The notes: generated from the letters alone by a model not told the origin. A DNA stretch of 64,000 nt from Fistulifera solaris (GCA_030295235.1 AP026176.1:434001-498000); one strand, 5' to 3'; shown: positions 1-12,614, counted from the first letter of the stretch. Made by a program: numbers and translations.

Positions 1-979
1 TAAAATAATGATCCAGCTTGCGGGCTGTCTCTTTCGAAAACCTGAACTCGTCAACGCTGATCCCTCGATAGCGCGCCAATCCAAACTCATACAATGCATC
101 ATCTAAGATGGACATGAACGGATCCCAATCACGGCTGCCCAGTGCCGGATAGGTTATATTCTTTGCCTTGGCACTGATATGTAGATTGGGAACCGTGCGC
201 CATCCCAAAGATTGCGTGAATTGCGGTAACATGGCATCCCAATACTCCAACAATAAGATATGATCGAAAGAATTCAGCCGCTTCATTGTGTATTGAAATA
301 ACTCAAGGTTGACTTGATACTTGGGCACATTTTGACACCGCGTGCCGCAAATTTTCCGGAAATTCCAGTTGTCGGGTTGTGCCTGCCACCACGCATCAAA
401 TGTTGGTAATGTCACATTCGTGTGATACTGTTCTTGACACATGTGCTTCCAATGCGAACGATACCTGTCCTGACTTTGACGCAACACCACCATATACGTG
501 TAATGTTGATGATCCATCGCATCGTACATGTCCTTTTCATTGGCGACAAATTGATAAAAGGTCACGGCGGCAAATCGTTCTTGCGCTTGCAATGTATCGG
601 AAAACCCACAACACCGCTGATCCGGTTGAACATTGCAGTTTTGCTCTTTATTGACGCGCAATTGATTCATGGCAGCCAAAGCACACATACTAGTGCCGCC
701 ACTTTTGTGAATGTGCAAGAAATACACAATTTTGTGGTTCTTCCGTGTTCTTCGTAAATTTCCCAAATGCGGTTGCGAGTTGTCGATTGTCGTTGAATTG
801 CTAAGCGATTCGTTCCGCAGCATCAGAAGACTATCACGAAGAACTGTATCATTGAGCTCAAAAAGAGTATCGAAAGAGGGACCGTTACGGAAAGCAAAAA
901 GGAAAAAGAGGAAAGGGAGGAGAAGCTTGCATCGTCGAAGGCAGTTCCTACGAGCTTTTTCTTGTTCTTTTCTCGTCAT
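1..979 (-). CDS. Sulfotransferase-family type II membrane protein, 3' end outside the window
   Basis: Absent from the ORF track because it has no stop in the window. Manual translation from ATG 979 gives MTRKEQEKARRNCLRRCKLLLPFLFFLFAF (signal anchor), then KIVYFLHIHKSGGTSM (5'-PAPS-binding motif), YMVVLRQSQDRYRSHW (3'-PB-like) and LDDALYEF. The frame stays open to base 2. Confidence 0.8.
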   Translation of the reverse strand, partial: MTRKEQEKARRNCLRRCKLLLPFLFFLFAFRNGPSFDTLFELNDTVLRDSLLMLRNESLSNSTTIDNSQPHLGNLRRTRKNHKIVYFLHIHKSGGTSMCALAAMNQLRVNKEQNCNVQPDQRCCGFSDTLQAQERFAAVTFYQFVANEKDMYDAMDHQHYTYMVVLRQSQDRYRSHWKHMCQEQYHTNVTLPTFDAWWQAQPDNWNFRKICGTRCQNVPKYQVNLELFQYTMKRLNSFDHILLLEYWDAMLPQFTQSLGWRTVPNLHISAKAKNITYPALGSRDWDPFMSILDDALYEFGLARYRGISVDEFRFSKETARKLDHYF

Positions 980-2001
980 CTTTTCCTCATCGAATGGCGT
1001 TTTGATTCGTCCTTATTTCCAGAAAGCGAGACTTCTATTTTTCAAATGGAGGCACTTCGTATCATCTCATATTTACCTTGTCCTTTAAATGCACTGGTTG
1101 TCATTATTATTAGCAACGCAATATAATCATTTTCAGGTTGCCAGAAAATCTGATAAATACTGCTATTAGCTGTTGGTTCATGACTCATGACTGAATTGCA
1201 GTCGTGGTTCCCGAGAACCATCACTTTGGGTCAATAGTAAATGTTGAAGACAACGTTTCGCAAGGCTCTTAGAATGACCATCTCATGCAAACGCTATAAA
1301 AGTCTATTTCACTGCAATAATGAAAAAAGGAGCCCAAGATTTTCTGCCGATTGAACGGCTTTTAATTTTAGGCAGCAGTCGTGACAAAATACGGGCAACA
1401 CTTTGGTCCATAGTAAATACGGAAGACAAAGTGCCGCAATTTTGGGGGTTGGCGGGTAATTGTCAAGGCAAGATGATGAGCAGCTGCAAATATTACCTAT
1501 TCACTAATTCGAAGTAAACTTAACAAGTACAAAAGTATCTAGTTAACCTCTCTAGCTAGATCAAGTTGTTCGCTCTAGGTCCTTGCCACCCTTTCCACTA
1601 TAGTTCTACCAAGTACCAAGTATACGATCGAGTTTCATCCGACTGGATGTCAGTCATGAATTGGACCTAGGATGATGAGCTTCTCCACTTCTCAGATTAT
1701 CCGCAAGTTAATGATGGTTATCTTATTCCTTCTTGACAAATTCGTACCTTTAAGTCGGGATGTCGTGTTGTATGTTGGTTGGATAATTTTGGTCTTAATA
1801 TTGTCTTTCAACATCAAAGTACGAAGCCACCAAAGAAGATTCGACTACTAAAAAATCTTTTAATATCTAGTTCATAACCACGTAAATCACTAAATAGGCT
1901 GATCATTCTTAATTGTTTGCTCGGTTCGTACAAACGGAAAGAGACAACAGGCAACTCATGCCTCACAGTCCTCTACTTTCGAAACTTAGAATACAAGAAC
2001 T

Positions 2002-2589
2002 TTAGTCTCGTTTGCCCTTACCCTTGCCTTTGCCGCTGGACGAGCTCGAGTAACTCTTCTTGCCTTTTCCCTTACCGGACTCAGAGCTGCCTTTGCCGCT
2101 CTTCTTGCCCTTGCCGGAGCTGCCTTTGCCTTTGCCTTTGCCGGACTCGGAGCTTCCCTTGCCGCTCTTCTTACCCTTGCCTTTGCCCTTGCCGGACTCA
2201 GAGCTACCTTTGCCGCTCTTCTTGCCCTTTCCGGAGCTTCCCTTACCCTTGCCCTTGCCAGACTCAGAGCTGCCTTTGCCACTCTTCTTGCCCTTGCCGG
2301 AGCTTCCCTTGCCTTTGCCCTTCCCGGAGCTCACGGGAGGTTCCTCCTCATCATCGTCGTCATCGTGATGCCCGTGATCTCCGTCGTGTCCATGATCGCG
2401 ATCATGACGATCATGACGGTTGTGACGATTGTGGCGCATGCGATGTCCCCAACGATGGGAGAGAAGGCGTTCGGTCTCGCCTTTCACTTCAATCGAAGCA
2501 GGCTGACTGGAGGAAGCGCGAAACGATGCGCCGATCAAGGCAACGAGCAATAGCGCGAGGAAGGCGGTTTTAGCAGCGGTGTACTTCAT
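2002..2589 (-). CDS. Secreted silaffin/cingulin-like Lys-Gly-Ser repeat protein with His-rich segment
   Basis: Signal peptide (MKYTAAKTAFLALLLVALIGA), RxL site (ERLL), HNR/HDR/HDG triplets, acidic run DDDDDEEE, then about 5 repeats of SSESGKGKGKGSSGKGKKSGKG containing KxxK motifs. Confidence 0.75.
   Translation of the reverse strand: MKYTAAKTAFLALLLVALIGASFRASSSQPASIEVKGETERLLSHRWGHRMRHNRHNRHDRHDRDHGHDGDHGHHDDDDDEEEPPVSSGKGKGKGSSGKGKKSGKGSSESGKGKGKGSSGKGKKSGKGSSESGKGKGKGKKSGKGSSESGKGKGKGSSGKGKKSGKGSSESGKGKGKKSYSSSSSGKGKGKGKRD
2010..2335 (-). repeat. Coding tandem repeat, about 66-bp (22-aa) unit
   Basis: SSESGKGKGKGSSGKGKKSGKG units, some with internal deletions, visible in both DNA and protein. 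Confidence 0.85.
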
Positions 2590-3773
2590 CTTTCAACAGT
2601 TGAGACAGGGTAGAAGAGCGAGTTTTCGTACTTCGTTCGATTAATGTGAATGAATCGATCGGTGCGTGGAAGAATGAAAATCTTGCATGAAGGAGGGATG
2701 CGAATGGAACATGGCGTGCGCACTATGACGCTTGTAGTGACAGCCTCATTATTTTTCATTGTGACAAACTTTTTATCGGCCATCGAGCACGGATACTGTT
2801 TCTGCACGACTTGGGGCCTTAAATAAAAAAACAAGGAGCATTTGATATTGCCAACCTACTATGAAGCACCTTTGATATAAGAATGTACGCTAAAATGTCT
2901 ATAAGGCCTTTGCACTTTGCACGCGTCCAAGTGTCGGAGGTAGATATCATTAACAGGCACGTGGAGCGCAAGAGCCTGTGACTTTTTCAGTACATACCGG
3001 GTTAGTGTAAAAGCTACTTCGGTAATTGTTTAGGAGTTTTGGGAATTCGGGAGTCTTGCCAATTGCCAATTGCCTTGGATCTCGCCCATTTTTTCATGGA
3101 AGAAAAGTCGCCGAATTTTCGGCACGTTGCCACTGGTAGACGCCTACAGGAGATCGATTTGCCTCTAACTTCCTGAATCATCAACAACCAATTGCCATAA
3201 GTCGATGAGTGACTTGATCTCGTTGCCGGCCGCAAAGTGTGCTTCAGTCGTTTTTTGGCCGATAGCCGGCCGCTCCGACTTCCATCGAAGATGGTATGCA
3301 CTCGCAAAGAGTCTCGTTCAGCATAAACTCTTTTTCGACTGTTGTTTAACTTATTTTTAGAAGAAACTTGGCAACTTGCAGAAACCTTGAATTTATGTGA
3401 TGATTAGTGATTAATCAACAAAAGAAGACGGGACTGAATGAAATCTTAGTCTAACTTGATTGAACTCGGTTCGTTTCAGAAACTAAAGAAGATGCAAGTA
3501 CATTATACTAGCCACATCTCTAGCCTAACGTCGTCCCGTTGATTTGGAAACTGACCACTGATAACTCTACCAGGTACATAATGATTATTCGGCACCTTCT
3601 TAGTTGAAACGATATCTTACGTGTTCGAAAGCTAAAAAAGGCTGATAATGCTTCTAGAATAATGTTGCTTGTTAACGTACGGAACAAACGATTCCACTGC
3701 GTGCCGCGAAAAGGACCCCTCTTCATTGCTTAATCATTGGTCTCGCACATTTTATTCGTAAGCGGCAGCGAAA

Positions 3774-4064
3774 TTAGTTTCGTTTTCCGCTCTTACCACC
3801 TTTGCCACTCTTCTTTCCTTTGCCGGAGCTGGACGACGAGCTGTCATCGGCATCATCATGTCCATCATGCCCGTCATGTCCATCGTGTCCGTGGTCGCGA
3901 TCGTGGCGGTCGTGACGATTGTGGCGATTATGACGGTTGTGACGGTTGTGACGACGGATCTGCAAAGTGCGATCCTCGTTCAAGTTGTCGACGCCGCGGA
4001 TGTTTGCGCTGGCAATCGCAAAGAAGAAGAGAGCCAAAATGGATGCTGTGAAGGAGTATTTCAT
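3774..4064 (-). CDS. Short paralog of the silaffin-like His-rich/KxxK secreted protein (96 aa)
   Basis: Likely true start MKYSFTASILALFFFAIASA (ATG 4064). RxL site (DRTL), (HNR)4(HDR)2DHG(HDG)3, acidic and Ser run, tail GKGKKSGKGGKSGKRN. Confidence 0.75.
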   Translation of the reverse strand: MKYSFTASILALFFFAIASANIRGVDNLNEDRTLQIRRHNRHNRHNRHNRHDRHDRDHGHDGHDGHDGHDDADDSSSSSSGKGKKSGKGGKSGKRN

Positions 4065-4888
4065 CTTGGGAACGTCGTACGTTAGATAACACGATTCAAG
4101 TCGGCATGAGAGATTCTTGACGGAAACGTACCTTGGTTTTAAAAGTTTGAAAGGTATTTTGAGATGAACAAAGCGTTCCAAGAATTTGTGTTGCGAGGCA
4201 AAACAAAGCCTGATTACCAAGAAAAAGAGAAACAAAGAACAGAGGCGCGCGACGCGCTCCAGTTTGTGTTGTTAATTAAGAAATTATTGTTCCTCTTCCT
4301 AAGAAAAGAAAAATATTTAACGCTCCTTATTCCGCAGGCGCGACATTGTTAAATCTGGCACGTGTTACATCGGAGATAATAGAACGCGCGACGAAGATGC
4401 TTCTCCCAACGGTTCTTCGCTCATTTCGCCAAATCCTCTTGTGGTTTTAGTACAGTTTTCATTATACATTGCTCCAGTGAAGATAAGGAAGACGGAGACG
4501 ACGAGGGACGACGGACGACGGACGACGGTTGAAGGTTTAGGTATCTAATCTCTCGTGAATGGAAAATGTTCCTGACTGGCTTATTGCTCTAGAGATCAAT
4601 CGCCCTTATTTTTTTTCAAACGAGCGCCAAATAATTGAACGCAATAATTTTCCAAGCGATACAAATAGTCATGGCTCTTAAATCTTTTATCTTAGTAACA
4701 GCGCCTGTCATTTTGAGTCGATTCGTTATCCTGAACGAACTCGGAAGTGATAGAGGATTTCGCATTTGATTTGAAAAAGGTCGACTCTAGAGGAAAGAGA
4801 TGGATCGATTTGCCCCAAAACATGCTGCTCAGCTGCAGTTAACAACAATAGTGGGAAAGTAGTATTTTTCGGATTTCAAACAATAATC

Positions 4889-7215
4889 CTAGTCATGTTG
4901 TGTGACCCGAATCCCTCTCGAACGAATCGGCAATTTAGCAGCCACTTCCTCCATAGCTTTTTCCGCCAACAATGATTCCATTACAACACGAGATTCGGTC
5001 ATGAGTTGAAAGGAAGGATTTTTGGGCATGCCATGTAGAATTCGTTTGGCAGAATCAGCAGCAAAGCTCGGGAGTGCATTCAGATCGGAGGGTATTTTAC
5101 CCATAGCCTGAATGATTTTTCCGAGTGCGTCCACTTCTTGTTCCATACCACGCATGTTCCGAAACGCTTCCCGTACACCCGCTGCATAGCGTACGGTCCT
5201 CATCATGTAGCTACCAATCGATGTCATAGGGTAGATGCTACAAGTTCCGTGCAAGCATTCTTCAATGACGGCAGCCGAATCGTTGCAAACCGCGGTCAAT
5301 CCGTAACCACCGAAGGGCAAATCGCGTTCCGTGGCCAAGCCGTTCAAGCATGTAGCATACACAGCTGCGAATCGCACCGCTCGTACTGCTTCGGCTCCCT
5401 TCAAACGAGGACCGCAGTCGATACTACGGATCCAAGGTACGTTAGCATTGTGATTTGTGTACCACCCACAAAAGCCGTCAATCGCAATAAAATGCTGGAT
5501 ACTCAATTTCGCCGGCTTTCCGTCTCCACGATCGCCGAACAATGGTCCAGAAATATCCAAGTCTAATCCCGAGTGCGGCATGGCGACAGACGCTGCGTTC
5601 CCTTCATGATCTTCGTATCCACTATCCAGGAAACAAGCCAGCGGTATATTCGAGAACGAACCGTCCTTCTCTTTCACGCAAAGTGCGATTCCGAAAGTTG
5701 TTACGTGCGTGGTGACAGCTGTTTCCACATGATGACCCGTTTCGATTAACGCTCCAATGAAACCGCCAGGGGTGGTGATTTCTTTCCATTGAACACGACC
5801 ATAAAATCGCCTTCTCTGGCTTGTCCAGTATATCTTCGATAATAATTCGATGCTAGTTTGTTCATGAGGACCGCCACCAATCGATTGAGTAAAACTTCGC
5901 GGTTTGTGTGGGTGCACTCGGCATTGCCCCAGCCCAGATGCAAATCCGGCAATAACCGCGGATTGATTGGAACGGGCGGTGCCATCGCACGGCCGTCTGG
6001 TTTGTATCCACCGATCGCATTGATAGACGGTGCTACTCCACCAATGTCGTTTCTCCGATTGCTTTGCCTCTCGACGTTGTTTTGGCTTGCTTGTTCATCA
6101 GCGTTGGCTCGTTCCGTCAAAATTGCTTCCATCCGATCCAATGCAGCTGGTAAATCCGTGTCGATATGAAAACGTTTTGAGGGAATGAATTCGTCCGAAG
6201 CAAAAGACGGGTCGTTTCCCGTCTCTCCCATAATCATCTTTTCGATTGGTGTCGTCCGTTTTACCGTGGGTTGCTTTTGCTCTTGCGTCGACTCCGTTTC
6301 ACTATTATCAGTCAGTGACTCGGGACTTTTCCATAACTCTTGAACTTTGGCATTCACTTCCGACACGGCCAGAACACTCATCAAATTCAAAGGTAAACCG
6401 GCACGATCCGACATGGATGTTGTCCGCATTGCGAGTGCTCTCCCAGCCAGCGCCGAAGCTAGTGCTTTTGTGGGTCCCTGCGTGAATTTCCCCGTGAGAG
6501 GCAAAACCGCACGTCCCAAGTTGGGTCCCAAAGCTTTAAGCAAAGCCGCCGTCAAAGCAGCGCCCAATTCGGCTTGCAATACAGTCGGTACGTCTTTCAT
6601 CTGGATGCTTGCTGGAAGCATCGCCGGTTTCAACTGACGCATGTATTCTCCTAGACTCATCAATTGCCAACCTTCTTGTTCTTTTAATTTTCGACAAGTC
6701 ATTCGATCCATTTCCAGCAATTGCAAATTCCGAAACACCGATCCTTCCTGTTCGCTGGAGTCCGATATTCGTGTCATTTGTACATTCAAAAACAAGGAAT
6801 CTTCTTCCAGTTGTCGTAACTTCTCCATAATAGCACCGCGATAGAAGTATGCCACGATAAAAAGAATCAAAACTGTGGGGATTGCGAGAGTGGCTGCGAT
6901 GCGCGTTACCGACAAGGAAGAATCGCCTTGCTCGTTCACAAGTAGAGTGTGAAAGGTGGGTAAAGAAGCTGTAAATGGATTTGTAAACTGAGACACCGAT
7001 GATGTGCTCAACATTGTCAAGGACGTCCCTTTCGTCTTTTTTGATGCATTTGAATAAGGCAAGGACCGCGACGTCGTATAAGAAGAATAGCTTGGTCGAA
7101 TTGTTGCTCTCGTAACAGAGGAAAAAGTCCGGAGACCGTGCACTTTGTTTGCAAAATGCAAAGAATGTACCAAAACAGGGAAAACGAAGGAAATTCGTTT
7201 CGTGTGAACAAACAT
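4889..7215 (-). CDS. Hypothetical protein with N-terminal presequence and one TM helix; one frameshift near 5770
   Basis: ORFs 5746..7215 and 4889..5917 overlap and read as one protein. TM IPTVLILFIVAYFY; C-terminal globular part with LLPDLHLGWG and GGYGLTAVCNDSAAVI. Family not recognised. Confidence 0.6.
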
Positions 7216-7512
7216 AGTTGATGTTGCTTGATCCAGATAGCAAATAATATCGTTTGAAGGCGAAAGAAGGAAAGAAATATGAAATTAAATTGCTGTTGCT
7301 TGTTTCTAACTTGGAGGATACTGGATGGAAAATTCGAAGAGATTCTCGCGCCAAAATTTTCGAAATGTATCGAATTCGACACATTTTGAACTTTCAAAAA
7401 TTCGATTTCCGTGCATTCCAAAGAAGTCAAGAAAAGTGTCATCGATACATCAATTCTCGTTTTTCATGACAGCTTTCTGAATAAAAGCAATGGTCCGCTA
7501 GTGAAAATCGGT

Positions 7513-9021
7513 TCATTGAAACCTTAGCATGTCCTGGTCCTCGACAACACCACACAATTGCGCCGCGTCGGACCAATACTCTTTCCCCGTCCCCATGAAC
7601 GATTTACAGGTAGATAAATCTTGCAACTGTTGACGAATTTCCTGAGGAATATGCTGGCAAGCGTCCATCAAGTGAATTCGAGCCAAGTTCAAGGCCGTCT
7701 GATAGATGCGATCCAGTTTGGTCGGATAATACGTCGCCGCCTTGCACCGCTGTTGACGGGGCAAATGCGCACAATGACGACACCGAATCCCCACTTGACC
7801 CACGACAATGGGTTTGTTCCGTCCCCGTGCCGAAGACGTCGTATCATCTTCCGTGGCCTCAAAATACTCCATGTGTTGCCGTAGAGCGCACTGATATTCC
7901 GAAACAAAATCTTAGTCCGACGACAAGGCCAACGGCACCGCCACGCTGCCGACCGCCGCTATCGGCTGAACATAAATTGGTTCTTCGGTACTATGTTCTA
8001 AACGCGGTGTCGGTGGATCGGAATGTGTTTTGAGTAGCGACTGAAGATACTTCTTGAGACCCAACGGTTCTGAATCCTGCAAATCGGGCAGTTCCGGCGC
8101 TTTGGAAATAAAATAATCCACGAGATTGTTGAGATGATCTTGTGTCCGTTTCCGTGGATTGTTTCGTGAATTACTATTGTTCGAAGCGAGACTGTCTCCG
8201 AGTTTCGCCGCCGGATATCCATTGTCGAGTAAGAAGCGCACAAAATTGACATTTTCGTTGTAATATCCCCCCAAGGCGACCGGCAGACTACTCCGCGAAA
8301 TATTATGTCGCGCAAAACTCTCGGCCAGCTCTTCGACCGAATCGCAATTGTGCACTTTGAATTGCGACGCCAAACCCGCAATTTGTTGAATGCCAAACGG
8401 TACAATATACTCCCACAACGTTTGATGTTTTTCGCGAATGTACGTCAAATGCACTTCTTCAATTGGGGGTATGGGAAAGGCCTGCTCGATCAAAATGCGC
8501 GTTTCGCGATTGACCCGGGTTCGTGCCAAATTGATACTGAATCCTCGAATGAACACACGGGGTCCTTGGCCAACTTGCAAACAGGGATCAATCAATTTTT
8601 GCAAAAAGAAGAATCGCATCTTTATTCGGACACTGTCTTCCACAGTATCTTTGGTGAGAGTCCGATCGTAGATGACAATATTCCCGGTCGTAATCATCAT
8701 TAACTCGAGTCCGGACGCCATGTAATTGACATCTTCTTCATTCAAGGCGCCGTGCCCACTCAAATTCATCGGCAAGAAGGCCCGTTCACCAAACCATTCG
8801 TATCGTTTGTTCCAGTACGTGACGATGCGTTCCGCGGCACTCCACGGATTGTATTGTTCGAATTGTAAAAATTTGAGAGGATCCGATTCCGTGGCGACCA
8901 AATGGGGACATTCGGAACGGGCGCGCTGATAGGCCGCTCGACGTTCGGGAGCGATGAATTCGAGCACTTCTTGTAAATGAAGCAGCGCGCGTTGTTGAGT
9001 CAGCGGATCGGGGTGATTCAT
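7513..9021 (-). CDS. CRAL-TRIO-like domain fused to a diatom-type VGIRCxHC putative Zn-binding domain; internal in-frame TAA
   Basis: N-part ESDPLKFLQFEQYNPWSAAERIVTYW..FGERAFLP and LPVALGG; C-part RGRNKPIVVGQVGIRCRHCAH..YYP..GKEYW. The two ORFs are in the same frame, separated by one TAA at 7912-7914. Confidence 0.6.
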
Positions 9022-9683
9022 TATTCTACTATTATTATTATTAGTATTATTACTAGTATAGTATTGTGTCTCTCGACGATCCGTAGTAGAAAAGAGGACA
9101 ACTCTTGTTTATTATGTTTGGCCTCGTTTTTTATTGTGTTGCGAGCGTTTATTTTCTTTGGCGTATGGGTATGGGGCGTATTATTCGCGGACACGCACGC
9201 TACCACCTTCCGTGGAACAGAAAGACAGCCGAGGTTTTCTATACCTGGTACCTGGTACGTACCCAACTGGTACACTATTTCGCCGTTCCTCCATGTGTCG
9301 TTTCGGTTTTCAATACGGAGTAGGCGGTACTGAAAAAATATTCGGAATAAGTTTGTTCGGACCTCGGAAATAAGGTTAATAGAACGAGACGAAACTAAAG
9401 CGGACGAGAATCAACGAGATAACCGCAGCGAAGACAACGATGTAGTTCACTAATAGTTGAAGAGAAGAGCATCATTGACCAAATAATACGGAGTACAAGA
9501 ATATCTGAAATAATGGTCACAATAGAGATCAAGTCATACAAAATCCTTTAATGTGTCCCCTACACCATAACAATGGAATAAAAAATGTAAAAAAAATGGC
9601 CAGCGACGGTACTGACTTTTTGAAATGAAAAACTCTATGGACAATGATTACGGGAGGATCAGTATTTGCTGTACCCTCGGATT

Positions 9684-10157
9684 TCATCGGGTCAAGCTGG
9701 TCAAATTGCCAGCGCTCTGCTTGCGTCGTGGTGGCGTCGCCGCCGAATCCATAGAATGACTCTTTTGCCAAGGCCTCCTGGTTGGTCGAACAAGGAATTT
9801 ACTATAAAGCCATGGATTGGGGCTCCACCGTAATTCTTGAACGTTATTATGGCTGATAACCGGGCCTTCTTCGTCGTCCGAGGAGTCGGAAAGATCCGAG
9901 TCGCAATCACGAGAGAGACGTTTGTCTTTGCAATTCACCCAAGAACCAACTGGATAAGCATTCACTATGGCGCTTGGACGCGATCTCCTGTATGATCGGA
10001 TACGCACACTGTCAAAGTCGTTCGTCGGCCAGTGAGGACTTTGTCGATTATCGTTTGGCAAAACGGCATGATTATCGGAAGATCGAAAGCGGCTCGGAGG
10101 AAAGGACGAGCTATCCAAGAACAAGTTCGTTCGTTGCTTTGACGGTGCTTCATTCAT
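9684..10157 (-). CDS. Small disordered protein, tandem family 1 (DSDLSDS/RWS), type A
   Basis: Shares RTNLFLDSSSFPP, G-x-W, DSDLSDS, ELRWSPNP and D-x-A-x-T-x-P-x-R..SAGNL with four neighbouring genes. Confidence 0.75.
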   Translation of the reverse strand: MNEAPSKQRTNLFLDSSSFPPSRFRSSDNHAVLPNDNRQSPHWPTNDFDSVRIRSYRRSRPSAIVNAYPVGSWVNCKDKRLSRDCDSDLSDSSDDEEGPVISHNNVQELRWSPNPWLYSKFLVRPTRRPWQKSHSMDSAATPPRRKQSAGNLTSLTR

Positions 10158-11595
10158 GCTGAATCAGAAATTTCGAAGTTGTTTTTAAATATATGCGCTT
10201 CAATTGATTGTTTGAAACGGTGACTGCCTTTGAATGAGTTGTCATGAGGATGATGATTCATTCGGTTTGCCGAAGAAAAATTTATTCTCCCTCCTGCGTA
10301 TGGTGCTAGGTAGAGACTAGAGAGACTCTAGCAAGAATTTAAGACTAGTGCGGCGAAGAACAAGGTTAGCGTGTCCTGTGTAGCGATCGACCTCAGGCTT
10401 TAAGGAACGCTTTTAGAGTATCAATACTCAACACTTTGTCGTGGACACCTGTGTCTAACACTCTCTCAATATCTGATATCTGGTAGCGATCCCAGCATCC
10501 ACGTACTGTACCATGTAGCCACAAGTCCACAAGTCGACTTTAGACTTTGGCTTTGTGTTTTCATTTTCATTTTTCTGTACACGTCTCATCTTTTGCATAA
10601 AAAGTTTCGTTTTGAAGTTGGTCCCAGTCAGTGTGGATTGTCGAGTCATTTGTCTAATGTCTACCGTTTGCATTATTTAGAAAATGTAGTGTGAGGCGTT
10701 TTGTCTTGAATCTTGACTCTTGGCTTTAGTTCAATGTTCAACAACGAGCGGCGAGCGGCGAGGCTGACTTTATCATCGATAGGTAAAGTAGTGCTGCGGA
10801 GACACTTCTGTGACAAATGACGACTCCTTCTTCGTATGGTTACATTAAAGCCCCTCATGAATGATATAAAATTGTTGAGAACCCTGCATAAACAATCTGG
10901 CCGATCATACTTCATGTATGATACAAACTAAATAGGCTAACAGTAAGATTTCTTAAAAACACCAATATCTATTGGTGTCACGTGTCACGAGCGACCCTAA
11001 ATCCTTCGCCTTGATGTTGGTCCTAAGTTTGTTATGAAGCATCTTCCTCTGATCCATGTGCAACAGTCCCGAATTTGGCCGCACCTCGCCAAGCACGAGC
11101 TTTCTCACGCAAAGTACGTACGTACTACGTACTTTGTACGTACACACAAGCAATCGATCCTTACAGAACCGCTACGGCTAAGCCACTGGGAAAACCATGA
11201 ACCATGAACGATCCACGAAAAATTCGTCAAGATGAAACGATCGTCTTGACAACTCAAATGAGGCAATCGTTTCACAGAAAGGAACCACAATAAAAACGAT
11301 GAGACCAAAAGTTGATTGCGGAAAAGGATGACCTTAGGGAACGCGTGACAAGTTGATCAACGATGATACTTTTTCGACAATCGCTCAATTATTCATTATA
11401 TTCTTTCTTTACAGCAGTGTGATTCTTTAGACGGCTTATTGAATTTCTCAAGCCGTGTGAGATCATGAGACTCATTTACCCTTACGTGTTAAATGAAGGA
11501 AAACATAGCATCTGAGGCAGTCGCATGTGATAGGAAAGACGGTGTAACGGATTATGTCCCATGAAAATTGATGAGTTTTTCGATTGACGAACGCT

Positions 11596-12054
11596 TCATC
11601 GGGTCATTAATTTCAAATTGCCAGCGCTGCGTCTTCGTCGCGGTGGCGTTATTGCCGCGTCGAGTGCTTCACACTTTCGGTGTGGTGTGTTTGGTGCCGA
11701 TGAATGACGGGTGAGACTTGGCTGAGAGCACCATCGTAACTCTCGAATCATTTCCAGCGGCTCTTCTTCGTCTTCCGAATCGGAAAGATCGGAATGGCAT
11801 TCGTGCGATGAATACCTTTTAGAAAGATCCACCCATCGACCCAACGGACTTTTGGCTGTGGTTGTTGCCACCCTTCGCTTGTACGAATGCGATGACCCGA
11901 TCAGCATGTTGGCACAGTCAACGGCCGTCGTCGATCGAACAGACCGCCGGAGATATTCGGGGTGTGACGGTTTGGAGTGTCGATAATGGATTGGAGGAAA
12001 AGACGAGCTGTCCAAGAACAAGTTCGTTCTGTCTTTGGTTGCTACTTCGTTCAT
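11596..12054 (-). CDS. Tandem family 1 member, type A
   Basis: MNEVATKDRTNLFLDSSSFPP..HSDLSDSEDEE..RELRWCSQP..LDAAITPPRRRRSAGNLKLMTR. Confidence 0.75.
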   Translation of the reverse strand: MNEVATKDRTNLFLDSSSFPPIHYRHSKPSHPEYLRRSVRSTTAVDCANMLIGSSHSYKRRVATTTAKSPLGRWVDLSKRYSSHECHSDLSDSEDEEEPLEMIRELRWCSQPSLTRHSSAPNTPHRKCEALDAAITPPRRRRSAGNLKLMTR

Positions 12055-12614
12055 GCTGTTTCATTCGACCGACGAGAAAATGTGTTCGAACGCGTTGGAA
12101 GGAGAGTTGGTATTTTCCCAACGAATGTCTTCATTCTTTGCGGCGAAGAACATGTTGAACGTGTCTTTTCTGTGGAAAGATCCTTTTGGCGCTTTCAACT
12201 AAGGTGCCAATGGCAAGTCATGGATATGCATTTCGCTATCTTCTCTATTCAAATTTCGCTCTAGGTTCTCTAAATTTTGTTGATATGAAGTCTTTAGTGA
12301 ATAAAGTCGTAACATTATATATTGTCTTTCATTCTTTTCGGCGTCTCGCAATTTAGCTAGAACTGAGATTTTATATATAAAGTCCACAGTCTTCGACGAT
12401 CAATCAACCCATCGAAGAATCAAACGCCGTCGAAGAATCAAACGTGCGAGCTCCAGAAGAATGAGAGAGAAGAGGCGAAGCATAAACGATGAACATAGTC
12501 GGACGCGTCCGTCGAACACGATCTATTGTAGTCTTAGTATGTATTGTATATTCGCAATTTGCATTGCCATGTTCATAGAGCTACCATAATTCTCACTGAG
12601 GTTACAGGTCTTAG

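Noticed and set aside
1917..2573. Plus-strand Cys-rich and Pro/Leu-rich ORFs (1917..2573, 2060..2368; likewise 3737..4051)
   Set aside because: Antisense shadows of the Lys/Gly/Ser and His repeats; the minus-strand frames carry the signal peptide and RxL site.
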